64,000 nucleotides of DNA from a virus, in IMG/VR virus record IMGVR_UViG_3300006854_000019. One strand, written 5' to 3'. A program made the position numbers and the translations under genes. Shown one piece after another: positions 23,755-31,495 of the stretch. Below the pieces are notes generated by a model, which searched no databases, had not been told where the DNA came from, and was given only the letters and a program-made list of their open reading frames with translations. Every line of letters starts with the position of its first letter. The stretch's first letter is position 1.

Positions 23755-24399
23755 TCAGGTCTGGTTCGCTAGGGCCGTTTCCACGTCGAACGTCTGCTGC
23801 TCGAGGCGCGCTTTGCCTTCCGCGAGCTTCTTTTCGTCGAACGTGTCGAGATCCCGCTCTTCCGTTGCCGGGTCACGGGGTGATCGCATGTCGCATGCGT
23901 GGACGCGATTGTCACGCACGCTGAAAAACTCACCGTTTTCTCCGCGCTGGGCGGTGCACACGCGGCGGATGATGCGGTGGGTTGCGTCCATCTCGAAATC
24001 CACCATTTGCCGCTTGTAGTGCGCGCAGGCCGGGCGAATCGGCTCGACTTCGATCTCGCTGCGCATCGGCGCGGCGGTCCAGCCCATCACGGCGCGGGCA
24101 GTGTTATACTTGACGATGTAGCTCCCGTCGGGCAGCTGCTCCACTTGATCGGGGGTGAAGCGGGCGACGATGCGGCGGTGGCTATCGCGGATCACGAAAG
24201 CGCTCTTGTCCGCCATGCATACGAATGTCTCGAGCTCGAAAGGCGGCACGAACGCATCTTCGAGGGCGCTCGAGACGGCGGGCTTCGGCAGGCCGTCGAT
24301 CGGATCGGTGCCGAACACGCTCGGTTCGAGCGGGAAGGCGTCGTAGATTTCGTGGTCGGGGCGCGGGCCGCCGAAGCCGCCTGAAGATTCGTCGCTCAT
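23755..24399 (-). CDS. hypothetical protein (214 aa)
   Basis: ATG 24399 (MSDESSGGFGGPRPDHE); good third-position G+C; no motif recognised. Confidence 0.75.
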   Translation of the reverse strand: MSDESSGGFGGPRPDHEIYDAFPLEPSVFGTDPIDGLPKPAVSSALEDAFVPPFELETFVCMADKSAFVIRDSHRRIVARFTPDQVEQLPDGSYIVKYNTARAVMGWTAAPMRSEIEVEPIRPACAHYKRQMVDFEMDATHRIIRRVCTAQRGENGEFFSVRDNRVHACDMRSPRDPATEERDLDTFDEKKLAEGKARLEQQTFDVETALANQT

Positions 24400-24434
24400 C
24401 GAAAACTCCGAGATTAGTTCTGAATTCTAGCCCT

Positions 24435-25073
24435 TCAACCGGCAGCTTGCGGTCCAGGCTCCGATTCTTGGGTTTTTGGCACTGTCAAGTCTTTTTCGGA
24501 TTCGAGCTGTCGGGTTACGAACTCGAGTCGGAATTCTTGGGCCACAATCTGGGCCGCTCTGCCTAGTTTGAGCTTTCGGCGGGCTGCAACGTGGGCGTCT
24601 TCGAGCGACTTCGATGCTGTGACAAGCCGTGTCAGCCCTTCGTATTGCCGCACACAGGCCTCGAGCTCTCGAAGAAGTAAGTCCTGTGCGGCGGCGTGCG
24701 CTCGGGCTTGGGACTGGTAGAGGTCACTCCAGCTCTTCTTCTCACCCAGGATGCCTTCTATCTTGGCGACGACCTCTTCTCGCTTTCGCATCTCGTTCGC
24801 GAGCTCGGCCTTTTGAAGGGTGGCGGCGGCGCGAGCTTCGGTCTCGACCGACTCGCGGAGCGCGCGTTCGGCGAGCGCGGCATCATACGAGGTCTTCACA
24901 GCGTCGTCGGCCACGCGGATGGCGCCTTGCAGCTTCTCGAAGAGGTCGTCCACCGTTTTGCGGCGTTGCAAACCAAGGGGCGGGGGAAGGATGCCGAGGA
25001 GTACGAGGGTGTAGAGGGCGATGACGCAAAACGCCACAATAAATGGTTCGTAAACAATTAGGTGATTGAACAC
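24435..25073 (-). CDS. N-terminally anchored coiled-coil membrane protein (212 aa)
   Basis: GTG 25073 with GGAG 8 nt upstream; N-terminal helix IVYEPFIVAFCVIALYTLVLLGIL, then coiled-coil-like sequence. Confidence 0.7.
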   Translation of the reverse strand: MFNHLIVYEPFIVAFCVIALYTLVLLGILPPPLGLQRRKTVDDLFEKLQGAIRVADDAVKTSYDAALAERALRESVETEARAAATLQKAELANEMRKREEVVAKIEGILGEKKSWSDLYQSQARAHAAAQDLLLRELEACVRQYEGLTRLVTASKSLEDAHVAARRKLKLGRAAQIVAQEFRLEFVTRQLESEKDLTVPKTQESEPGPQAAG

Positions 25074-25099
25074 AGCGGGACTCCTGCCCTTTACGCGGA

Positions 25100-25945
25100 T
25101 TATTGATCTTCAGGGAAGATCCGGTTAAAAACCATGTCGGCCTCAGCGAAGTTTCCGCAGCAGAGCGTGACCCGGATTCCGTTGTTACCGAAAGACTCGA
25201 CCTTGACTTTTACGCCGGCTTTGCGCTCCATGCGAAGCTCGAGGTCGCGCAGGTTCGGGTTCACCACGGGAGGCACGCGCGGGCCGCGGCGCTTCGGGCT
25301 CACTATATTGCGAAGCTCGCGGCGGCTCGCCCCATTGAGGACCTTTTTCGTGAGCTCGGCGAGTTGCTCCCCGTTCTTCGCTTTAAGGAGCACGTTCGCG
25401 CGAGCCGTGGGGACTTTCCCGCTGCGGACAGCTTCTCTGACTGGCTCTGGAAGTTTCAATAGCCTAAGGATTTCACTCACGTGACCCTGGGACAGTCCGA
25501 TCGTTTTCGCGGCCATCTCCTGGCTGTAACCGAAGTCCTCAATGAGGTGGTGAACCCCCTCGGCCACATCGATCGAGTTCAAATCCTCGCGCTGCAAGTT
25601 TTCGATGAGCGCGATCGCTCGCTCGACGGGCGGGGCATCGTTACGAAGGAGGCACGGAACCTCGCGTAGTCCCGCGCGCTGCGCGGCACGCCAGCGGCGT
25701 TCGCCAGCAGTGATTTCGTAGGCGTCATCGCCGGTTCGGCGCACGAGCAGGGGCTCGAGGACGCCATGCTCGCGGATGGACTGGGCGAGCTCTTCTAACT
25801 TATCGGGGTCGAAGGATTTACGGGGCTGGTCCTTCGCTGGCGCAATCTTTTCCACCGGGATGGTGAGGAGGGCGGAGATCTCCCCAGCGCGGGGTGGTAA
25901 AAGCGCCTCAAGGCCGCGGCCTAAACCGCGCGCTTTTGTCGGCAT
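25100..25945 (-). CDS. parB: ParB/Spo0J-type partition protein (281 aa)
   Basis: MPTKARGLGRGLEALLP; GERRWRAAQRAGL arginine patch; HTH (QEMAAKTIGLSQGHVSEILRLLKLP); C-terminal dimerisation-like strand region. Confidence 0.9.
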   Translation of the reverse strand: MPTKARGLGRGLEALLPPRAGEISALLTIPVEKIAPAKDQPRKSFDPDKLEELAQSIREHGVLEPLLVRRTGDDAYEITAGERRWRAAQRAGLREVPCLLRNDAPPVERAIALIENLQREDLNSIDVAEGVHHLIEDFGYSQEMAAKTIGLSQGHVSEILRLLKLPEPVREAVRSGKVPTARANVLLKAKNGEQLAELTKKVLNGASRRELRNIVSPKRRGPRVPPVVNPNLRDLELRMERKAGVKVKVESFGNNGIRVTLCCGNFAEADMVFNRIFPEDQ

Positions 25946-26442
25946 GCTGAACCCCTTAACAGGCGATCTTGGATTGGGTCAAGGGTCGATGCCACAGGGC
26001 AGAGGGCGGCGGCGGTCGCTAGGACCACGCGCCGATCGCGGGAGGGGAGGGTGTGCACGAACGAGCTCACCGCGCGGCCGATTTGCTTCGTGCGATCGGC
26101 GGCGAGGGCGGTCACCACTGCGTTCTTGTCCGCGTAGCGGAGGACGCGGATCTGGGCGAGCTGGGCGATGGCGGAGAGGAGCTCTTCGACCGCCTGCACG
26201 CACGCGGGGTCTTCGGTGGGGTCGACCGGCGGGCCGATCGCGAGCACGCGCGGCATGTGCCGCTCGAAGACGACCCCGAGCACGAGCTGGTGCACGCGCC
26301 GGCGCTTATTAACGCTTGACTCCGAGGAAAGGGCGCGGGCGTGAAGGACATCGGCGTCGATGACCACGGCCCGGTTCATGTCGACGACGATCACGCTGTA
26401 GGCAAGGGCAGAAAGCCCGGGCGCGACGCCGATAACCCTCAT
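25921..26442 (-). CDS. RuvC-like (RNase H fold) protein lacking the catalytic acidic residues (173 aa)
   Basis: MRVIGVAPGLSALAYSVI aligns by eye with RuvC MR(I/V)LGIDPGL..GyGvi, but the Asp is Ala. VLAIGPP replaces a.aiEe.F. VVLATAAALC replaces DAaDAlAiAl. Sits where parA would be, overlapping parB by 25 nt. Confidence 0.6.
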   Translation of the reverse strand: MRVIGVAPGLSALAYSVIVVDMNRAVVIDADVLHARALSSESSVNKRRRVHQLVLGVVFERHMPRVLAIGPPVDPTEDPACVQAVEELLSAIAQLAQIRVLRYADKNAVVTALAADRTKQIGRAVSSFVHTLPSRDRRVVLATAAALCPVASTLDPIQDRLLRGSACRQKRAV

Positions 26443-26637
26443 CTACAGATCTCGTGACGCAAGGACGCGTGCGTACAGGCGTAGCGCGTCGAGCAGTACT
26501 TCATCGACTGATGTATCTCCGAGCTTGGCGGCAAGCTCGCGGGCGAGTGCGAGTGTAGTACCACTAACCTCGAGTGGTCTCAAGGTAGTCCGTTCGGCGG
26601 ATTCCGGTTCGCTGTCGTCAGTCGGAGTTCTCACCAT
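26443..26637 (-). CDS. ribbon-helix-helix-like small protein (64 aa)
   Basis: ATG 26637 (MVRTPTDD); the TTG-extended track start has low third-position G+C. LRPLEVSGTTLALARELAAKLGDTSVDEVLLDALRLYARVL = beta strand + two helices typical of RHH/CopG. Confidence 0.5.
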   Translation of the reverse strand: MVRTPTDDSEPESAERTTLRPLEVSGTTLALARELAAKLGDTSVDEVLLDALRLYARVLASRDL

Positions 26638-26678
26638 TGATCGAAGCGTAAGCCGAAGTCGAGCGGGCAATCAAACTT

Positions 26679-26876
26679 TCACACTGGAACGAACTCCCAT
26701 TCTTCCCACTCGAACTCGTCGCCGCGCCCGGGCCATGACTCGCCGGTGATACCGAATCGGAGAAGTCGGTACTGCCCTTCGCCGCGCGCTTCCCGTGGAT
26801 GGGTGAGCGGGCCGCTTTCGGTCGCGACGTGCTCGCTCTTTGGTTCGCCGCAGATCTTACAAATCTCGGTGGCCAT
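26679..26876 (-). CDS. small Cys-containing protein (65 aa)
   Basis: Internal ATG 26876 (MATEICKICGEPKSEH) overlapping the upstream stop by 1 nt. Confidence 0.55.
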   Translation of the reverse strand: MATEICKICGEPKSEHVATESGPLTHPREARGEGQYRLLRFGITGESWPGRGDEFEWEEWEFVPV

Positions 26877-27235
26877 CAGGCCTCGTCTTCTTGAGGCAGC
26901 ATCACGTCGGCCGTCCACCCGCAGGCTGGTTTGCTGCACACGTAGCGCGCTGTCTCGCGGAGCCACTGCACCGGTCGGCTGCAGCGCGGGCACTGGTGCC
27001 AGACGGTCTGGTTTTTCGGGATGTCTTCCTTGTCGATGTATCTGACGTGGCGCTCGAGCGTCTCTGCCGCGTAGCGAAGGTTCAGCGCGATGTATTCGAC
27101 GCTCTCGAGGTGCATCTTTGCGGCAGACCCGACCGCGCCGTTCAGGTTTCGCCACTGCTCAGCGAGGATGGCCACGTCTGCTTCCACCCGTTCGATGAGC
27201 TCGGCCGTGGCGAGAATCGGGTCCATGTCTTTCAT
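26876..27235 (-). CDS. hypothetical protein with C-terminal zinc-ribbon-like CxxC...C..C (119 aa)
   Basis: Internal ATG 27235 (MKDMDPILATAELIERV) in ATGA overlap; HQCPRCSRPVQWLRETARYVCSKPACGW. Confidence 0.6.
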   Translation of the reverse strand: MKDMDPILATAELIERVEADVAILAEQWRNLNGAVGSAAKMHLESVEYIALNLRYAAETLERHVRYIDKEDIPKNQTVWHQCPRCSRPVQWLRETARYVCSKPACGWTADVMLPQEDEA

Positions 27236-27648
27236 TGATCGCCGCGCTCCTTGGCCTTCGCGAGTTCCATCTCGCGCTTGGCCCAGGACATGGTGCCGAC
27301 GACGTTTGCTGGATCGGTTCTGGCGTCGATCTCTGCCTCGAGCTCGAGGACCCTCGCCAGTAGCTCGCGCATGATCCGCATCGCGGACTCGAAGACATTT
27401 TCTCCGCACGGATGCTTCTCGGCCTCACCCGGCATCTCGGCCAGGATGAAGTGGCTGAGCTCAATGAGCCTTTGCACGCCTTTGTCGCGAGCGCGCAGAA
27501 GATCTTGTTGCGTTCGGATGATCCGAATCGCCGTGTCGATCGCGCCTTCGCTTTGACTCGGCTCACCGGGCACCTCGGCCATGATGAAGTCTGCGAGCTT
27601 TTTGATCTGCGCGTCGAGTCGGAGGGCGTCTTGCGAAACGATGGTCAT
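27232..27648 (-). CDS. hypothetical protein with an internal duplication (138 aa)
   Basis: AAGGAG RBS upstream of ATG 27648; repeats LADFIMAEVPGEPSQSEGAIDTAIRIIRTQQDLL / LSHFILAEMPGEAEKHPCGENVFESAMRIMRELL. Confidence 0.7.
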   Translation of the reverse strand: MTIVSQDALRLDAQIKKLADFIMAEVPGEPSQSEGAIDTAIRIIRTQQDLLRARDKGVQRLIELSHFILAEMPGEAEKHPCGENVFESAMRIMRELLARVLELEAEIDARTDPANVVGTMSWAKREMELAKAKERGDQ

Positions 27649-27660
27649 GGTTCTCTCCTT

Positions 27661-29130
27661 TTACGGTGGTGGCGGGTCGTAGTCATCGTAATCGTCTTCG
27701 TACGCGGGCTCGGACGGCGTGAACTTCATCGTGCCGCCCGAGAAGTGAAACTCGATCGTGCAGGTCGGACCGTTTCGCTGCTTGGCAATGATCTGCTCGG
27801 TCGGCTTCGAGGCTTGGGAGCGGTCGTAGTAACCGGGGCGGTAGAGAAACCACACGTTGTCGGCGTCCTGCTCGATGGCGCCCGACTCGCGGAGATCGGA
27901 GAGCTGGGGGCGCTTGTTGGCGCCGCGGTTTTCGACGGCGCGATTGAGCTGCGAGACCTCGATGACGTGGACGTTCAGATCTTTGGCGATCGTTTTCAGG
28001 TCGCGCGTGAGGCTCGCGATCACTTGCTCGCGCGGGACGCCATCTTCTTTTCTGCCCTTCATGAGCTGGAGGTAATCGAAGGCGACTACGGATAGACGGG
28101 TGCACGGTGTGCTCGCGCGGCCGGTTTCGATTTCGCGCTGCAGCTTTCGGATCCGGCTTCTGGCATCGAGTGCGGTGATGGCTGCCGTGTCGTCGATCCA
28201 GATCGGCACGTTCTGCAGCGTGTGCGCGGCGGCGACCACGCGGCTCCATTCGGCCCCGGACATCGACCCACTGCGGATGGCGGAGAAGTCGACGCCGGCT
28301 TCCTGGCTGATGCAGCGCATGGCCATCTGCTCGCGCGGCATCTCGAGCGAAAACAGAAGCGCGCCTTCGGTGCGATCGATCGTGTCCGTGACGCGGCGGT
28401 GCGTGATGCCGCGGAAGAGTGAGACCAGGAACGCGGTCTTGCCCATGCCGGGGCGTCCGGCGAGCACAGTGGTGTCGCCCGAGTGGAGACCCGTCATCTT
28501 CTTATCGAGCTCGACGAAGCCCGTCTCCGTTCCCGTGATGAGCTCGCCCCGCTCGCGCGCACGGCCGCGATCTTCGATCACGCGCCGGACGATGGCACCG
28601 AGTGCTTCGACCTTCGTGTCCTGGTAGACATGGGCGACGGCGGACGTCTCGTTTTCGATCTGCTCGAGCCAGGTCTGGATGGACGCGAGACCGTCGGCGT
28701 CCGCCGGAAACTCGAGTTTATAACCTTCGGCGATCCGGGTGTGAAACTGGTCGAGCGTCACGCGCACGCGCCACGCGTCGCGGATCGCCTTGGCGTGCTC
28801 TTCGATGTGCAGGTAGTAGGGTTGGTTCGAGACGAGTGAAGCGATGTAGGCGGCGCCGCCGACCTGCTGCAGGCGGCCGCGGGCGTTCAGCTCGTTGGCG
28901 ATGATGCCGAGGTCGATGGGCTTTCCGGCGGCGGTGAGATCGGTGAGGACCTCGTAGATCCGGCGGTTCGCTTCCGAATAGAAATAGTCGGGTTTGAGGA
29001 TCGTGTTGACGCGATCGAAGACCGATGGGCTCTCGATCACCTGCGAGAGAACGGCGGCTTCGGAATCGAGTACGTGAGGTGCGACTCTCCCAGTTGGGCG
29101 AGGAGCAGGGGCCTCACGGGGCTGCATCAT
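27661..29130 (-). CDS. dnaB: replicative DNA helicase DnaB (489 aa)
   Basis: Internal ATG 29130 (MMQPREAP) overlapping the upstream TAA. DnaB N-terminal domain (DSEAAVLSQVIESPSVF), Walker A LAGRPGMGKTAF, Walker B VVAFDYLQLM, SQLNRAVENR, arginine finger region. Confidence 0.9.
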   Translation of the reverse strand: MMQPREAPAPRPTGRVAPHVLDSEAAVLSQVIESPSVFDRVNTILKPDYFYSEANRRIYEVLTDLTAAGKPIDLGIIANELNARGRLQQVGGAAYIASLVSNQPYYLHIEEHAKAIRDAWRVRVTLDQFHTRIAEGYKLEFPADADGLASIQTWLEQIENETSAVAHVYQDTKVEALGAIVRRVIEDRGRARERGELITGTETGFVELDKKMTGLHSGDTTVLAGRPGMGKTAFLVSLFRGITHRRVTDTIDRTEGALLFSLEMPREQMAMRCISQEAGVDFSAIRSGSMSGAEWSRVVAAAHTLQNVPIWIDDTAAITALDARSRIRKLQREIETGRASTPCTRLSVVAFDYLQLMKGRKEDGVPREQVIASLTRDLKTIAKDLNVHVIEVSQLNRAVENRGANKRPQLSDLRESGAIEQDADNVWFLYRPGYYDRSQASKPTEQIIAKQRNGPTCTIEFHFSGGTMKFTPSEPAYEDDYDDYDPPPP

Positions 29131-30074
29131 TACTCGACCACCACGTGTGCAGCTTCTGAGAGCTCCTGGATGTAGCGGCCTGCCAGATCGGCGATCGGAG
29201 CCGGGCTTGCGATGATGGTGTTCGCTTTTCGTTTCCAGCGATCGAGGATCAGGTCCCGGAGCTCGAAGAGGTACCAGTCGGGCACGTTCTTCACGGCCAG
29301 CCCATCGATCACCGCGAGCTCGCACTCGCGCAGGTTGTCGAGGGGATCGATCTCTTCGGTGTCTTTTCGGAAGTACTGCTTGAAGCGGCGCTGCATCGTG
29401 GGCGCGTACTCGTAGCGGGCCCAGATGCGGTGATTGCGGCGAAGGACGTTTTGGAGGATGGAGACCGAAAGCGTGGTGTGGACAGGGGCTTTTGCGGTGA
29501 TGACGAGCCAGGCGTCTTCAGAAACGCAGGCGCTCGTTACGAACGAATCGATCTTCTCGATCTCCTCGTCGCCCAGGACCACGTTCTGCCGCTCTAGATC
29601 GGCCATGCTCAGGCGCGAGCTACGCTGGTCGACGCCGGCATCCATCAGCCGGGCCCGCATCGCGTAGGCGCGCCAGGGATCGCAGCGCTCGGCCACCAGC
29701 TTGTCGCCATCCCATCGCGGTTTCATGCCGCGCTTCAGGCACGGGACCTGGTGTTTTTTGCAGGCGGCACCATCAGGAGGGCATGTCAAGCACAATTGAA
29801 TGCGCTCGTCGCACGCGCTGAAGTAGGCCGCTGTCTCGTCGAGGAGCGCGGCCTCAGGCAAGTCCACGCTGTTTGAGCTTTTGGAGCCAGAGAGGCGGAG
29901 ATTTACTAACGCCGGATGGAGCTTCTGAAGGTACGCCAGGGGGCCCCCCGCTTGCACCATTTCCTGACGCATCGCGTCCCGTTCTGTCGCGCGCTGCGTC
30001 AACAATCGGTCGTGTATCGACTGGAATTCTCCCTGACTCGACGGATCCAGCTTGCTCCCTCTGTCCTCGGCCAT
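29130..30074 (-). CDS. helicase-loader-position protein with a degenerate P-loop (314 aa)
   Basis: ATG 30074 (MAEDRGSKL) with GGAG 7 nt upstream. C-terminal half (LVITAKAPVHTTLSVSILQNV...ECELAVIDGL...RKANTIIAS) has DnaC/IstB-like strand order, but no GxxGxGK(T/S). Gene order is initiator - this - DnaB. Confidence 0.5.
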   Translation of the reverse strand: MAEDRGSKLDPSSQGEFQSIHDRLLTQRATERDAMRQEMVQAGGPLAYLQKLHPALVNLRLSGSKSSNSVDLPEAALLDETAAYFSACDERIQLCLTCPPDGAACKKHQVPCLKRGMKPRWDGDKLVAERCDPWRAYAMRARLMDAGVDQRSSRLSMADLERQNVVLGDEEIEKIDSFVTSACVSEDAWLVITAKAPVHTTLSVSILQNVLRRNHRIWARYEYAPTMQRRFKQYFRKDTEEIDPLDNLRECELAVIDGLAVKNVPDWYLFELRDLILDRWKRKANTIIASPAPIADLAGRYIQELSEAAHVVVE

Positions 30075-30984
30075 TGATGTCTCCTGCCCCCGCAGTGGAT
30101 ACCCCATCGAACCTTACGGATACCCCATCCCCGGTGCCCCCTGGGGCAAGAATGGGATATCCACCACCCGGGGTCGAGCGCCCACGTGAACAAGAGTTTA
30201 CGCTAATGGCTTGGTAGGGTGGGAAAGTCTTGGGATCTTCAGAACATGAGCTACTAAGAATGTGTGTGTGTGCTTCAGGTTCGGATGGGGTATCGGATGG
30301 GGTATCGAAGGGGTACAAAGAAGAAGAAGAAGAGAAAGACAAAGATACACACACAGGAAATGAATCTTTTTCTTCTCCGGAGGCGGATGGGGTATCGGAT
30401 GGGGTATCGACCTCGGATGGGGTATCCTGGAACCGAAATTCCAAGCCGATCATCGAATCCGCATTAGAGGCACCAGGATCGTCTTTCCCGCTGGCGATGA
30501 CGTGTTGGGTCGTCGAGACGAGCGCGGGGACCGTATAGCCCGCCCTAAGCCCGGCAATCACTATTCCGAAGGAACTGTTCCAACACCGTACGAGCCCAGG
30601 GTTCTCCGGATTGATGGAACTCGTGAGATTTTTGACATGTGAGAACTTTAGTCCACACACGGGCAGCTTCTTCCAGGTGTTCCACCAGGAGATCAGGGTC
30701 TTCCAGGAGTAACAAAGGTCATAACGCGCTGCGCGAGGAATCGAGATGAGCCGCGTGCCACGGTCGACTTGGATGATCCCCCGCCGCTCGAGGACAGCGA
30801 GCCCCTCCTCGACGTACTCTTCTGGCCGCACGATCTCGTCGCCGATGACCCTGGGGCTCGCCACCACGATGCCGGGAACTTTGATAATCAGGGTCCCATC
30901 GAGAAAAAATTTCAGCACCTGTCGCGCTGGATCCGGCAACGCCTTGAAAAACTGTTCTTGCCAGATGGGATGTGTTAGGCCCAT
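29854..30984 (-). CDS. putative replication initiator (wHTH-like N-terminal domain); ORF reads through the iteron origin, 3' boundary uncertain
   Basis: ATG 30984. N-terminal ~185 aa look coding (EEGLAVLERRGIIQVDRGTRLISIP). From ~30430 the frame translates the iterons (DTPSDTPS). From 30074 it has low third-position G+C while the overlapping loader frame is high. Confidence 0.5.
   Translation of the reverse strand: MGLTHPIWQEQFFKALPDPARQVLKFFLDGTLIIKVPGIVVASPRVIGDEIVRPEEYVEEGLAVLERRGIIQVDRGTRLISIPRAARYDLCYSWKTLISWWNTWKKLPVCGLKFSHVKNLTSSINPENPGLVRCWNSSFGIVIAGLRAGYTVPALVSTTQHVIASGKDDPGASNADSMIGLEFRFQDTPSEVDTPSDTPSASGEEKDSFPVCVSLSFSSSSSLYPFDTPSDTPSEPEAHTHILSSSCSEDPKTFPPYQAISVNSCSRGRSTPGGGYPILAPGGTGDGVSVRFDGVSTAGAGDINGRGQREQAGSVESGRIPVDTRPIVDAARDRTGRDASGNGASGGPPGVPSEAPSGVSKSPPLWLQKLKQRGLA
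30097..30426. other. putative origin of replication: 12-bp iterons GGATGGGGTATC + purine/AT-rich spacer
   Basis: Exact direct copies at 30283-30294, 30295-30306, 30385-30396, 30397-30408, 30415-30426. Exact inverted copies (GGATACCCCATC) at 30097-30108 and 30118-30129. Degenerate copies at ~30152-30162 and 30307-30316. (TG)6 at 30261-30272. Low-GC (GAA)n tract at 30317-30384. Confidence 0.7.
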
Positions 30985-31094
30985 AAATACAGCCGTTTTC
31001 GCAATGTCAAGCGAAATACCAGTTCCGCGCGAGCGGACGAAATCCCCCCGCCGCCCGCGCTGTTAGATTGTGTTCGGAGGCGTTTGCGAGCTAA

Positions 31095-31376
31095 TCAGCC
31101 AGCGCGGCGCTGCCCGAGCTCGGCCGCTTCGGCTGCGGCGTCAGCGCGGAGCTTCCGGGTGTATCCGCGAAGGGCGCGGCGAATGACTTCGGAAATCGTC
31201 GCTCGATCGAGCGTTCGGGCTTCCTGCAGGAGGTTCTCGTCTACGTCGTCGAGCTCTACACGTAGGACCCTCGGTCTGGCTGCGCGGCGCTTACGGTCGG
31301 GTGAATCTGCCATCGTAGAGCAATAGTCCGCACATTCGTTCGGCGTCAACAACTTCGTCACGTAACGCACGTTCAT
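31095..31376 (-). CDS. ribbon-helix-helix protein, VapB/antitoxin-like (72-93 aa)
   Basis: RVLRVELDDVDENLLQEARTLDRATISEVIRRALRGY matches the RHH antitoxin pattern (i.iD.eLl.eA..l....t..e.v..AL). Start is ATG 31376 or ATG 31313. Confidence 0.55.
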   Translation of the reverse strand: MNVRYVTKLLTPNECADYCSTMADSPDRKRRAARPRVLRVELDDVDENLLQEARTLDRATISEVIRRALRGYTRKLRADAAAEAAELGQRRAG

Positions 31377-31458
31377 GTGACCGATCGAAACAATTGGGAT
31401 GGTATCGCAACGTGGCGCTTAGCGGGCTTGACGGGTGCGGCAGTTTAGGCCTGAAAAC

Positions 31459-31486
31459 TTTACCAGGAGTGTGAGCCGAGTAGCAT
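31459..31486 (+). promoter_or_regulatory. promoter-like motif TTTACC-N16-TAGCAT upstream of the spike gene
   Basis: GTAGCATCG core identical to the 53.1 and 53.4 kb copies; the -10 ends 9 nt before ATG 31496. Confidence 0.4.
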
Positions 31487-31495
31487 CGGTCCTTG

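Noticed and set aside
30097-30426. Cluster of short identical repeats considered as a CRISPR array or minisatellite
   Set aside because: The repeats are only 12 bp and occur back-to-back or with irregular spacing. They appear in both orientations and flank an AT/purine-rich tract between an initiator-like gene and the loader/helicase genes. That is iteron-origin architecture, not repeat-spacer architecture.
30984-31010. Sigma-70-like TTGACA (31010..31005, minus strand) and TATTTA (30989..30984) next to the initiator start
   Set aside because: The spacer is only 15 nt, and the -10 abuts or overlaps the ATG at 30984. Transcription would therefore start inside the ORF, and there is no downstream in-frame start codon. 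It also lacks the ATTTC / TAGCAT features of the recurrent motif.
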